From Clostridiales bacterium (GTDB lineage Bacteria > Bacillota > Clostridia > Saccharofermentanales > Saccharofermentanaceae): DNA of 64,000 nt. The notes under the pieces are model-generated. The model made no database searches. It was given only the letters and a program-made list of their open reading frames with translations, and was not told the origin of the DNA. The stretch covers positions 96,001 to 160,000 of the forward strand of contig JAFWDK010000019.1 of the NCBI GenBank assembly GCA_017513085.1. The letters are read 5' to 3'. Each line of letters opens with the position of its first letter. Within the stretch, counting starts at the first letter, position 1. Shown here one piece after another: positions 51,282-61,236 of the stretch. A program made the position numbers and the translations under genes.

Positions 51282-52185
51282 TCTCTTTTCCTCCTGTCAG
51301 CTGGAAGTAATAGTCTTCCAGAGCTTCACTCTTTAATGCAATTTCATTTGTCTGAATGTTTTCTTTTGCCAAAGCTATTGTGATCGCACCGCCTTCGTTC
51401 AATCTCTCGTAAATATTGATGGTGCCATCCTTCACTTCGAGTTTTGAGAATCCCATTCCGTTCAGGATGTTCATGGTCTTCTCAATATCATTTGTCTTCA
51501 GTTCCAGACGTTCGGTGCATCTGCTGAACAATTCTTCTTTACTTGCTTCTTCAAGAAGCTTGCCCTCGTGGATGATACCGTAGCGTGTCGCTACCTTACT
51601 GAGCTCATCCAGGATGTGGCTGGAAATGAGGATCGTAATATTTCTGTCGTGGCAAAGATGTGTCAAAATAACTCTCATCTCTGCGATACCTTGTGGATCA
51701 AGACCATTGATCGGCTCGTCCAGGATCAGGAGTTCCGGTTTATTTACCAGAGCCATTGCGATTCCCAATCTTTGCTTCATACCCAGAGAAAACTGCTTTG
51801 CCTTTTTCTTTCCGGTATTTGTCAATCCGACTTCTTCAAGAAGTCCCTGTAAGTATTTATCATCTTTAATTCCCAAAGCGATTGCTTTGGTTTTCAGATT
51901 ATCAATCGCTGTCATGTTCGGATAAAGACCCGGATTTTCAATCAGAATGCCGACCTTGGCTTTCATCTTCTCGGTATTCTCGCCATTCTTACCGCGGATC
52001 TCGAAGGAACCGGATGTCGGGCGGGAAAGTCCGCCGATCATTTTCATTAATGTTGTTTTACCTGCGCCGTTTCTACCGATCAAACCGTAGATATCGCCGC
52101 GCTGTACATGGATGGTAACTTCATTGGATGCTTTGTAGTGACCATACTTTTTTGTCAGTGCATTTGTTGTCAAGATGTAATCCAT
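51274..52185 (-). CDS. BcrA-like ABC ATPase (second)
   Basis: GRNGAGKTT, FSLGMKQRL, DEPINGLDPQG. Confidence 0.93.
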   Translation of the reverse strand: MDYILTTNALTKKYGHYKASNEVTIHVQRGDIYGLIGRNGAGKTTLMKMIGGLSRPTSGSFEIRGKNGENTEKMKAKVGILIENPGLYPNMTAIDNLKTKAIALGIKDDKYLQGLLEEVGLTNTGKKKAKQFSLGMKQRLGIAMALVNKPELLILDEPINGLDPQGIAEMRVILTHLCHDRNITILISSHILDELSKVATRYGIIHEGKLLEEASKEELFSRCTERLELKTNDIEKTMNILNGMGFSKLEVKDGTINIYERLNEGGAITIALAKENIQTNEIALKSEALEDYYFQLTGGKENA

Positions 52186-52306
52186 TTTCTTGCCCTCCTT
52201 TAGCTTACGAATTCATTCTACCGATGAATTCCTAACGAATCGCCAAGGAGTGGTTTATTATTCAAAAAGAAACGTTAAAGAAAAAGTTAAGTCCATAAAA
52301 CGCAGT

Positions 52307-52341
52307 AACGGCAGTCCTTTTCAATTATCAGGGCTGCCGTT
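52307..52341 (-). terminator. Terminator-like hairpin after first ABC module
   Basis: AACGGCAGCCCT / AGGACTGCCGTT stem. Confidence 0.6.
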
Positions 52342-52422
52342 TGGAGTAAAAATAATATAATTACCCGTTCTGTATACCTTATATATTTATAAACATATAA
52401 CTAAGAAATAGATCCTAAACTA

Positions 52423-53283
52423 TTATTTCAAATCTCTCTTTCTGTTCACGAGAATCGCAAGTCCAAGACCGAATCCGATATAAGCCAGAGCAACAAGGAT
52501 CGATCTGACTGTATCTCCGGATGACATTTCGGCATTATAAGAAAGATATACATTATCCAGACAATAATCGGAAATCTTAAAGTAATTCGCCTCATTCACA
52601 CCCACGACATCCATCAGGATATCCTGTGCATTGGCTCCGCTAAGATTTGCAATCAGTATGTCGATCAGTCTTTCCACCGTCTGAAGAAGACCGGAAGCGA
52701 TGATGATACCGATAACCATACCTCCGGCCGCACTCCTAAAGAGTGACGTGATCAGGAAAGTCATCGTTACAAAAGCAACAAAGCAGATATACGTTACCAG
52801 AAGTACTCTAAAATAGTCTCCCCACTGACTGTTCGAGAAATGCTTCAAAATAATCGCATTGCTGAAAAGAGTCAGGAAAGAATATACAAAGAAGATACCG
52901 GAAACGACAGTGATCAAAGACGTCCACTTCGCCCAGGTGAATTTCCACTTCTCTTCAAACAGATTGTAAGTATTCTTAATAAATCCTTTTGAATAATCCG
53001 AATTTACGAAAATAACCGTAAAAATCGTTATCAGAATATTAAACGCATCACTGGTAGATACATGAAACGTATGAAGAGTGGCCGGGTAAACCGAAGAAGC
53101 CTTATAATTCGACTCTGCAGTAATACCTGCAACACTCATCAGGATCTCATCATTAAAAACAAAGAAAGCCAATGCGGAATTGATAAAGAAAAACACTCCC
53201 AAAAGAATGCCGATCACAAGAGTCGACGTTGCCTTGGATGATCTGTAAATGTGCATTTTATAAAGATTAAGCATTCGGCTCAC
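52423..53283 (-). CDS. ABC-2 type permease
   Basis: DYSKGFIKN, ends KRDLK; about 6 TM. Confidence 0.85.
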   Translation of the reverse strand: MSRMLNLYKMHIYRSSKATSTLVIGILLGVFFFINSALAFFVFNDEILMSVAGITAESNYKASSVYPATLHTFHVSTSDAFNILITIFTVIFVNSDYSKGFIKNTYNLFEEKWKFTWAKWTSLITVVSGIFFVYSFLTLFSNAIILKHFSNSQWGDYFRVLLVTYICFVAFVTMTFLITSLFRSAAGGMVIGIIIASGLLQTVERLIDILIANLSGANAQDILMDVVGVNEANYFKISDYCLDNVYLSYNAEMSSGDTVRSILVALAYIGFGLGLAILVNRKRDLK

Positions 53284-54178
53284 CTCCCGTCAGCTGGAAA
53301 TAGTATTCTTCAAGAGATTGGCCTTCTTTTCTCATCTCCAGAGTCTGCACATCCGATTTCGCCAATGCCATGGAGATCGCGCCCATCTCTTCTACTCTTT
53401 CCCTGATTTCAAAATGCTCGCCGGTAAATGTATAGTCCGTGATCCCAAGAGAAGCCAGGATCTGTTTTGTCTTTTCGACATCACTCGTTCTAAATACTGC
53501 ATAAGCCTTACATCTTTGCAGAAGATCCTCATTCGTCGCCTCATCGATCAGTTTTCCATGATGGATGATGCCATAGCGGTCAGCGATCTTCGACAACTCG
53601 TCAAGAATGTGACTGGAAACTATGATCGTGATCTTTCTTTCCGTACACAATCTTCTGATCAAAGTACGGATCTCCGCGATACCCTGCGGATCGAGGCCAT
53701 TGATCGGCTCGTCAAGAAGAAGGAGTTCCGGAGAGTTTACCATCGCCAGAGCAATTCCCAGACGCTGCTTCATACCAAGCGAGAAATTCTTTACCGGCTT
53801 CTTCTCCACTCCGCCAAGTCCGACCAGAACCAGAAGCTGTCTCAAGTAGTTGTCATCTTTCATGCCGAAAGCAAGTGCTTTTGCCTTCAGATTCTGAAAA
53901 GCACTGAGATTCTGATAAATGCCGGGATCTTCGATCAAAACGCCGACACGCGGCATCATAGCCTTTGTTGACTCTCCATTCACACCGGTAATGGTAAAAG
54001 AACCTTCCGTTGGAAAAGAAAGAGTCCCCAGCATCTTAAGCAAAGTAGTCTTTCCTGCACCGTTTCGTCCGATGAGGCCGTAAACTTCGCCACGGGCAAC
54101 ATGGATCGAAACCGCGTCAACGGCGGTAACTTTGCTGAACTTTTTTGTGATCTTATCTGTGGTCAGAATATAATCCAT
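53267..54178 (-). CDS. BcrA-like ABC ATPase (first)
   Basis: GRNGAGKTT, FSLGMKQRL, DEPINGLDPQG. Confidence 0.93.
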   Translation of the reverse strand: MDYILTTDKITKKFSKVTAVDAVSIHVARGEVYGLIGRNGAGKTTLLKMLGTLSFPTEGSFTITGVNGESTKAMMPRVGVLIEDPGIYQNLSAFQNLKAKALAFGMKDDNYLRQLLVLVGLGGVEKKPVKNFSLGMKQRLGIALAMVNSPELLLLDEPINGLDPQGIAEIRTLIRRLCTERKITIIVSSHILDELSKIADRYGIIHHGKLIDEATNEDLLQRCKAYAVFRTSDVEKTKQILASLGITDYTFTGEHFEIRERVEEMGAISMALAKSDVQTLEMRKEGQSLEEYYFQLTGGEPNA

Positions 54179-54192
54179 CGTTCACGACTCCT

Positions 54193-54873
54193 TTATTTTG
54201 CTAATTTATAACCAATACCCCAAACTGTCTCGATAAACTCAGTATCTGTAAACTCTTTTAATTTCTTTCTTATATTACTGATATGCACATTGATCGTTTT
54301 ATCTTCTCCGATATAGATCTCGTTCCATGCACAGTCATAGATATCCTGTTTGGTGAATACTCTCTTCGGATGCGCGACAAGAAGCTCCAGGATCTGGAAT
54401 TCACGCTTGGTCAGCTGAACTTCGTTGTTGTTCACCAAAACCGTGAACGATTCTTCGTCAAGCGTCAGTTCCTTGTATTCCAGTTTCGTGCCGTTGGATT
54501 CTCCGCTTTTTTGAGAAGACCGGCGGATCTGAACTGCGACACGTGCCAGAAGTTCAGGGATCTCAAAAGGTTTCGTGATATAGTCTTCTGCACCGGAAGT
54601 CAGCATCTCGACCTTGGTATCCATCTCGTCCTTAGCCGATACAACAATGACAGGAGTATCCTTGATTGCTTTCAGTTTCGGGAAAAGCTCATCACCACAT
54701 AGACCCGGAAGCATCATGTCCATAAGGACAAGATCAAAATTGTCTTTTTCAAAATAGAGTAGCGCCTCTGTTCCGGAGAATGCCTGCTGGCACTCATAGC
54801 CGTTCTTTTTCAAAGCATCGGCCATCAGATGGTTGATTTCCGTATTGTCTTCAACGATCAGTATTTTCTTCAT
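54193..54873 (-). CDS. OmpR-family response regulator
   Basis: ILIVED, DMMLPG, DYITKPF, INVHISNIRKKL, ETVWGIGY. Confidence 0.95.
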   Translation of the reverse strand: MKKILIVEDNTEINHLMADALKKNGYECQQAFSGTEALLYFEKDNFDLVLMDMMLPGLCGDELFPKLKAIKDTPVIVVSAKDEMDTKVEMLTSGAEDYITKPFEIPELLARVAVQIRRSSQKSGESNGTKLEYKELTLDEESFTVLVNNNEVQLTKREFQILELLVAHPKRVFTKQDIYDCAWNEIYIGEDKTINVHISNIRKKLKEFTDTEFIETVWGIGYKLAK

Positions 54874-55006
54874 AATTAAAACCCTCTTCTTCCTAGTCAC
54901 TCTAGAATATCATACCACATTTCCACTTTGCCTATATCTTTTTCCTAACCTTACTATCGAAAAAATGTTATACTCTAACACATATCGATGAAACGAGGAC
55001 GCACTC

Positions 55007-55744
55007 ATGCAGAAAGATGCTGTTTCCGGAAGATTGCTCCTTCCGAATCTCTATAACGCCCGAGACTTAGGAAACATGCCTTATGGCGATGGCAGAAAAA
55101 CTGCTTCGTGTCGACTGATCCGTTCCGATGCACTGGACCATCTTACCTCCTCCGAAGCCGAGGAGCTCTCCCGATATCCTGTCAAAGCCGTCATCGATCT
55201 TCGCTCGGAAGCGGAAGCAGAAGCCCATCCGGACACGATACGGGACGATCCACGCTTTACGTACTACAACATCCCGCTTTTGGTCATCAACGCTGACGAC
55301 GTCGGTGAATCATTTATTCAGGCTGTCATTTCGTCGTCTTTGGGAGATATGTACGTATGGCTTTTCGAGAACGCCAAAGACCGCATCGCAAAAGTACTGC
55401 GCACTATTCTAAAAGAATACCCCGGAGCAGTGCTTTTTCATTGTGCGCACGGAAAAGACCGAACCGGACTTATTGCTGCGATCTTCTATCTTCTCATGGG
55501 CGTGTCTTACGAAGAAATCATCAAGAATTATGCTGTCTCCTATGAGTATGTCCGAGAACTGGTTGCGCCACTCATGGCCGGCACACCGGATCACGTCCAC
55601 CACATTTACCGAAGCGATGCTTCCAATATGGAGAAACTTCTGGCTCATTTTGACAAGGCTTACGAGGGAAACGTAGAAAAATATCTTCTCTCTTGCGGTC
55701 TAAGTTCACAAGAGCTGGAAAGCTTGAAACAAGTGCTTTTGTAA
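55007..55744 (+). CDS. Tyrosine/lipid phosphatase (MptpB/LipA-like)
   Basis: NARDLG, IDLRS, HCAHGKDRTG active site. Confidence 0.9.
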   Translation: MQKDAVSGRLLLPNLYNARDLGNMPYGDGRKTASCRLIRSDALDHLTSSEAEELSRYPVKAVIDLRSEAEAEAHPDTIRDDPRFTYYNIPLLVINADDVGESFIQAVISSSLGDMYVWLFENAKDRIAKVLRTILKEYPGAVLFHCAHGKDRTGLIAAIFYLLMGVSYEEIIKNYAVSYEYVRELVAPLMAGTPDHVHHIYRSDASNMEKLLAHFDKAYEGNVEKYLLSCGLSSQELESLKQVLL

Positions 55745-55754
55745 CAGTGTGAAA

Positions 55755-57146
55755 TCAATTTGAACGGCACCAGGCAAGAAGGATCTCCGATATCGGGAGT
55801 CCGCCTTCGCCGGAATTTTGCTCCGTTTCTTCAGAATTCTCTTCCGGATCCGCTACAAGGATAGAAAGCTCATAGCGCTCATTATCTACTGTAAGGTCCA
55901 AATCGTAGTCGGTCTTATCGGCGAACGGATACCGTTCCAGGATATCCCAGGTCGTGCTGTCGCTTGAAATCGAAGTACCGATCGTAACTTTCGACGTGTC
56001 CCAGATGCGGAAATGCACAAAGTTGCCTTCCCAGTCCGATTCATCGTTATAAATGCCATATATCGTGATAGCAAAGCCTTTGTACCTGACAAGAATATTT
56101 CTGTACGAGACTTCATCGCCATCCCAGCGTTTCTCGGTCTTGATCACCGGGCCGCACGAAATGGAGATCGGAGTCCCCAGAAAAGTCTGGATCTGCGCGG
56201 AGGTCGCATTTTCACCGATTCGGATAGCACGGTGCCCGTTATAGTACAGATACAGATCTGCTGTCTTCAATTCACTTGTAATCGAATCATCAACAGAGAT
56301 CTCATTGGATGAATTATAAGTAAAGTGAACATATCTGGACTTAGTCTGAAGCTGGGTATCAAATACTTCCGGCTGCATAAATACAAGATTCGCCGCATTT
56401 AATGAGCAAAGTTCATAACCGGAAAAGTCCGTCTTCACATTACTGGAATAGAATCGGATCATCTCTTTAGCCTTAGACGTAAGCACTGTATCGGATTCGC
56501 GAAGCGAGTCATCAATACCGGTATTGCGCAACAAAGATACCACATCACCCAGATTGCCATTCTGGTACGCTTCAAAATAGTGCACGGAAAAAGCATAAAT
56601 ATTCATACATCTTCGTGCCCATTGGCGGCTCAAATATACCGTCCCGTTAGCTTTTTGCTGCAGATAAAAATAGATCGGCACGGAAGAAAGGCGCTCGCGG
56701 TTCGTGCCGACTTTGATCGGAATACAGGTGTTGTAGATCGTCACGTACTCTTTCGAGCCGGTTTTCAGCATTTCGGCGATCAAGTCTTCCCGCTCTTTCC
56801 CGTAGGCAATGTCAAATCCATTGATCACTCCGCCTGCCGGGATCATCTTGTTTAAGACAGAGATATACTCGTAGTATTCCGAAAAGCTCATACCATCCCG
56901 CTGACTCTCAGGGATCTGATAAAAATACGTTTCTGATTCAGCAATATCGAGCATGGAACTGACGACCAGTCGCGCCATTTCCGGAATACCGATTTCTTTT
57001 TCGGAAAAGACCTTGGAATGACAAGCCGAGACAGACGCAAGGACAAAGATCGCAAGTAAAAGCATTGCGACTTTTTTTCGGAGAGATCTGCCTCGTTGTC
57101 CGTCCTTCTTCGCCATACTCAGTCTGTTTTCGTCCTTTCGCTCCAA
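55755..57146 (-). CDS. Hypothetical lipoprotein
   Basis: Basic N-terminus, hydrophobic stretch, lipobox-like VSAC; 463-aa ORF. Confidence 0.7.
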   Translation of the reverse strand: MERKDENRLSMAKKDGQRGRSLRKKVAMLLLAIFVLASVSACHSKVFSEKEIGIPEMARLVVSSMLDIAESETYFYQIPESQRDGMSFSEYYEYISVLNKMIPAGGVINGFDIAYGKEREDLIAEMLKTGSKEYVTIYNTCIPIKVGTNRERLSSVPIYFYLQQKANGTVYLSRQWARRCMNIYAFSVHYFEAYQNGNLGDVVSLLRNTGIDDSLRESDTVLTSKAKEMIRFYSSNVKTDFSGYELCSLNAANLVFMQPEVFDTQLQTKSRYVHFTYNSSNEISVDDSITSELKTADLYLYYNGHRAIRIGENATSAQIQTFLGTPISISCGPVIKTEKRWDGDEVSYRNILVRYKGFAITIYGIYNDESDWEGNFVHFRIWDTSKVTIGTSISSDSTTWDILERYPFADKTDYDLDLTVDNERYELSILVADPEENSEETEQNSGEGGLPISEILLAWCRSN

Positions 57147-57174
57147 TCTGTGTCGCTAAGATCAGCCAGCCTTA

Positions 57175-58071
57175 TTATACTGCGTTTTTTCCCCGGCGTT
57201 GTTTCACCGCTTCAAAAACTACGATACCTGCAGCAACTGCCGCATTAAGGCTGTTGACCGATCCCGCCATGGGAATGGAAAGAAGGTAATCGCACTTGTC
57301 CTTAATATTCTTACTCATGCCTTCCCCTTCACTTCCGATAACTATGACCATCGGTCCGCTCCAGACATCATCGCTATAGAGATTAGTTCCTTCAGCGTCT
57401 GTACCGGCTACCCAGAAGCCTTTATCCTTCAATTCCAGAAGTGTCCTGGAAAGATTTTTGACTCTGGCAACAGGAACATACTCAATAGCTCCGGCAGATG
57501 CTTTGGCAACCATAGAATCCAGTCCGATCGAACGGTGCTGCGGTATGATTACGCCATGAACACCGGCAGCGTCAGCAATACGCAGGATCGATCCCAGATT
57601 ATAAGCATCCTTCAGTTCATCCAAAGCCAGGAGCAGAGGTGCTTCACCTTTGTCCTGCGCCTTTTGAAGGATCTCATCGATATCGACGTATTCGTGGCTG
57701 GCTACCTGAGCAATCACACCTTGATGGTTTCTTGTCTGGGACATGTTATCCAGATTCTGTCTGGGCACTTCCATGATCGGCACTTTCTTCTCTTTTGCCA
57801 GATTGATGATACGCGCAAGCACCGGATCCGGTCTTGCCCCGTCCTGGAGTTTAAGCACATACAGTTTATTGATTTCACGCCCGCTCCGGATCGCTTCCAA
57901 AACCGGGTTTCTTCCTTCTATACGGTCATCTGTCGGTGTGTTTTCCGATGTTCCCTCAAAGTTATTTCCGACCTTGGGAAGGTCAACAAACAAACCCTTA
58001 GCCTCTCTCGGGCGGCCAATATCATGCCCGTTCCTTCTAGGTGAACGATTACCGAAATTACCAGAACGCAT
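57175..58071 (-). CDS. rlmB: 23S rRNA (G2251) 2'-O-methyltransferase
   Basis: IEGRNPVLE, NHQGV, NLGSILR, GSEGEG, SLNAAVAA. Confidence 0.93.
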   Translation of the reverse strand: MRSGNFGNRSPRRNGHDIGRPREAKGLFVDLPKVGNNFEGTSENTPTDDRIEGRNPVLEAIRSGREINKLYVLKLQDGARPDPVLARIINLAKEKKVPIMEVPRQNLDNMSQTRNHQGVIAQVASHEYVDIDEILQKAQDKGEAPLLLALDELKDAYNLGSILRIADAAGVHGVIIPQHRSIGLDSMVAKASAGAIEYVPVARVKNLSRTLLELKDKGFWVAGTDAEGTNLYSDDVWSGPMVIVIGSEGEGMSKNIKDKCDYLLSIPMAGSVNSLNAAVAAGIVVFEAVKQRRGKNAV

Positions 58072-58086
58072 ACTGCTCTCCTTGTC

Positions 58087-58503
58087 TTATTTGCTTTCCT
58101 TATTCTCCTGCTCACAAATCAGCATAATGCGGTTTAGCAGAAGATCCAGACGTTCTTCTTTATTGGTCAGATACAAGTATCCGATCAGAGTCTCAAGGCC
58201 GGTTGCATATTTATAATCGGCCGGACTCGCATTCTTAGCCATACTGCCCTGATGTCCGTTCTTGCCTCTCCGGAAAACATTCTGTTCCTCCTCGGTCAGT
58301 TCATCCATCAGCGCGCGTACCGCATTGGCCTGTGCCGGAGCACTTACGTATTTCACGGATTTCTTATGCAGCACTCCCGACTGGCCGCCGATTCGTGCCA
58401 CGATATGCATACGCACATACAATTCATAGACAGCGTCTCCAACATACGCCAGCACAGACGTCGGGACCTCTCGTATATCCTCCGGCGGGATCGGGATCAT
58501 CAT
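58087..58503 (-). CDS. mrnC: Mini-ribonuclease III
   Basis: LAYVGDAVYEL, VSAPAQA, ATGLETLIGYLYL. Confidence 0.93.
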   Translation of the reverse strand: MMIPIPPEDIREVPTSVLAYVGDAVYELYVRMHIVARIGGQSGVLHKKSVKYVSAPAQANAVRALMDELTEEEQNVFRRGKNGHQGSMAKNASPADYKYATGLETLIGYLYLTNKEERLDLLLNRIMLICEQENKESK

Positions 58504-59927
58504 TTTTTCGTCACCTGCGGACCTTGCGGTGTATCCTTGATCTGATAGCCCATCTCGGAAACCTGATCGCGAAGTGCATCGGCCTTGGCAAAATCCTTAT
58601 TCTTCTTCGCTTCCACTCTCTGCTGAACCAGATCCATGATCTCGGCAGGAATGCCACTGTCTTTGTTCAGGAGTTCGCGGATATCCAGACCCAGCACGCC
58701 CATCAGCTCGCAGATCATGTCGGCCGCAGTTCTGATCGAAGAAGCCGAAACGTCCTTGGCTGTAAGATGTGTATTGAGTACACGAACAAGAGTATAAACA
58801 GAAGTGATCGCATCCGCCGTATTCATATCATCGTCCATATTGGCAATAAAAGATGTCTTTGCCTCCGCAGTCGCATCGGCAAGTTCTCTCTCTGCACCTT
58901 CGTCAGGCGTCAGGCCTGCCTCCGCCTCGTGACTTAACACAAAGTCCGAAGACTCGACTGCCGTCTCGATCCTCTCCAGTCCATTCTGCGCAGATTGCAA
59001 AAGCTCATCACTGAAGTTGATCGGCATTCTGTAGTGACCGGAAAGGATAAAGAAACGAATGACCTCATACGGAAACTTCGCCACGATATCACGGATCGTA
59101 AAGAAATTTCCGAGAGATTTACTCATCTTCTCGTTATTCACATTTACAAATGCATTATGCATCCAGTAATGGGCGAACGGGCATCCGTTTGCCGCTTCAC
59201 TCTGAGCAATCTCATTCTCATGGTGCGGGAAGATAAGATCCTGTCCGCCGCCATGGATATCCACAGTCTTGCCAAGATATTTTCTGTTCATCGCCGAGCA
59301 CTCGATATGCCAGCCCGGACGTCCATCGCCCCACGGAGACGGCCAGAATGGTTCGCCTTCCTTCTTAAACTTCCAAAGCGCAAAGTCAGCCGGATTTCTC
59401 TTTCCCTCGTAGGAAGCACCACGTTCGCCGGCTCCGGCTACCAGGTCCTCGAGATTATAGTGGGAAAGCTTACCATAGTCTTTAAACTTCGGAACATCGT
59501 AATACACGCCGTCGCCCTCGATGATGTAAGCATATCCTTTGTCCATCAGGTCAGAGATCAGATTAATGATTTCATCCATCGTTTCCGTAGCTCTCGGCTG
59601 GTATGTCGGACGCTTGATGCCCAAAGCATCCGCATCCTTATAGTATTCCGCGATATAGCGGTCTGCGATCTCTTTAACCGTAGTACCCTCTTCGTTAGCT
59701 CTCTTGATCATCTTGTCATCGATATCGGTAAAATTCTGGCAGAATGTTACTTCATATCCTCTGTACTCAAGATAACGGCGCAAAGTGTCAAATGTTACAA
59801 ACGGACGGGCATTTCCAAGATGGAAGTAGTTATATACCGTCGGGCCGCAAGCGTAAAGCTTCACCTTGCCCTCTTCCATCGGTACAAATTCTTCCTTCAT
59901 TCTCGACATCGTATTAAAAATTTTCAT
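58500..59927 (-). CDS. cysS: Cysteine--tRNA ligase
   Basis: CGPTVY, HLGN, GRPGWHIECSAM, FPHHENE, KMSKS. Confidence 0.98.
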   Translation of the reverse strand: MKIFNTMSRMKEEFVPMEEGKVKLYACGPTVYNYFHLGNARPFVTFDTLRRYLEYRGYEVTFCQNFTDIDDKMIKRANEEGTTVKEIADRYIAEYYKDADALGIKRPTYQPRATETMDEIINLISDLMDKGYAYIIEGDGVYYDVPKFKDYGKLSHYNLEDLVAGAGERGASYEGKRNPADFALWKFKKEGEPFWPSPWGDGRPGWHIECSAMNRKYLGKTVDIHGGGQDLIFPHHENEIAQSEAANGCPFAHYWMHNAFVNVNNEKMSKSLGNFFTIRDIVAKFPYEVIRFFILSGHYRMPINFSDELLQSAQNGLERIETAVESSDFVLSHEAEAGLTPDEGAERELADATAEAKTSFIANMDDDMNTADAITSVYTLVRVLNTHLTAKDVSASSIRTAADMICELMGVLGLDIRELLNKDSGIPAEIMDLVQQRVEAKKNKDFAKADALRDQVSEMGYQIKDTPQGPQVTKK

Positions 59928-60127
59928 TTTCTATTCCTCCAATATTTTCGTTTTTTCCGACAGGAAATGGTTTCCTTATGTGCCCAAGCAAATACTATCG
60001 CTCCGACACGCAAGTACAGACACGGCAACATCGTGCGTGAGCAAATGCATTCGCGCCGATCCTGAACAAAAACGATCTTTTCGGATAGGGATAAAAAGCA
60101 TGAAAATACGGGTAAAGGACAGCAGAT

Positions 60128-60159
60128 AAAAGCAAGCCTGCCAAGGCAGGCTCACGCTT
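60128..60159 (-). terminator. Terminator downstream of 6S RNA
   Basis: AGCCTGCC / GGCAGGCT stem followed by TGCTTTTAT. Confidence 0.6.
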
Positions 60160-60222
60160 CGTGACCAGTTTTGAATCTATCCAACGATCCATTCTTCTTC
60201 CCGCTCTTTTTTGCAAATAAAA

Positions 60223-60388
60223 GCCCAAAACCGCTACCCACTTTTGACACCTAGCTACAGCCAGGTGGGTACCCTGCGGCAGTCTAAGATCTTCCTAAAG
60301 GAAAATACTAGGCCTGATCGTCTCTGCTTCGACGCGGATTCCCGTTTATGTCATGAAGGTTCAAAAACATGAGCATCAGCTTTAGGTT
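60223..60388 (-). ncRNA. ssrS: 6S RNA
   Basis: Terminal pairing CCTAAAGCTG/CGGTTTTGGG, TTGAACC and GGTACCCACCT elements typical of Firmicute 6S; own promoter upstream. Confidence 0.8.
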
Positions 60389-60394
60389 GACTTT

Positions 60395-60423
60395 ATTATA
60401 TCAATATATACTTCAATTGTGAA
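60395..60423 (-). promoter_or_regulatory. Sigma-A promoter of 6S RNA
   Basis: TTCACA-17 nt-TATAAT with TGn extension. Confidence 0.7.
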
Positions 60424-60441
60424 GAAAAAGACTGTTACCAA

Positions 60442-61236
60442 TTAGTGACATTTCGTAATTTTTTTGGTGTCTTTTTCGTCGTTTTGACGGGAAGCAACGC
60501 GATGTGAGGCGCATACAACTCCCAGAACTTCGCCGGCGCCGGCTTCAATCAGAGTCTGGGCAGCCTCATGAATTGTCGCTCCCGAAGTAAGGATGTCATC
60601 CACCACAAGGAGCCGCACACCCTCAATATCCCATTCCGGCTCTACGCCAAAAGCACCTTCAATATTCTTCTGGCGGACCAACGGATCATTAAAACGGCTC
60701 TGCTGCTTCGTATGTCTTTTACGATAAAGCACATTTTCAAGAAGCGGGATTTGAAGGATCTGCGCAATCTCCCGAGCAATCACAGCAGCCTGATTATATC
60801 CTCTCTTCTCCAGCCTTTTCGAAGATAGCGGAATCGGAACAATGGCATCCGGAAGATAAGGCAGATCATGAAGAAGTTCTCGTCCCATCAGTTTTCCGAG
60901 TGCCGTCCCGCAGTATTCACCATCATGAAACTTTAACCGTCGGAGCAAAGAAGTAACCGGCATCTCATAATGAAAAAGCACCCAAACCTGAAGGTCCGGT
61001 ATCTTATCTTCGTCATACGGATCGGAAAGGCAGGGATGAACCCTTTCTTTTCCTATGCGGATCGGAAGTTTGGAAAGACAGGTCTTGCAAAGACCCATCT
61101 GTAAAAGTCCAGGGGTACAGTTCTGTCCTTCAGTCAGAACTCGTCCACAGACGATACAGATCGGAGGAAAGAAATAACGGACGACCGACTTCCAGAATGC
61201 TCTATCCGGAAAAGCAAAGAAATGGTCCGGACTCAT
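60442..61236 (-). CDS. comFC: ComF/ComFC family phosphoribosyltransferase-like protein
   Basis: CIVC..CKTC zinc motif, RGYNQA, VVDDILTSGAT. Confidence 0.88.
   Translation of the reverse strand: MSPDHFFAFPDRAFWKSVVRYFFPPICIVCGRVLTEGQNCTPGLLQMGLCKTCLSKLPIRIGKERVHPCLSDPYDEDKIPDLQVWVLFHYEMPVTSLLRRLKFHDGEYCGTALGKLMGRELLHDLPYLPDAIVPIPLSSKRLEKRGYNQAAVIAREIAQILQIPLLENVLYRKRHTKQQSRFNDPLVRQKNIEGAFGVEPEWDIEGVRLLVVDDILTSGATIHEAAQTLIEAGAGEVLGVVCASHRVASRQNDEKDTKKITKCH

Noticed and set aside
46746-54873. ABC/two-component cluster as a tRNA-integrated island
   Set aside because: Cluster lies on the 5' side of the tRNA; no integrase or duplicated tRNA 3' end seen.
59995-60228. 77-aa ORF between 6S RNA and cysS
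   Set aside because: Begins inside the 6S 3' end, spans a terminator, and has no RBS or recognisable motif.
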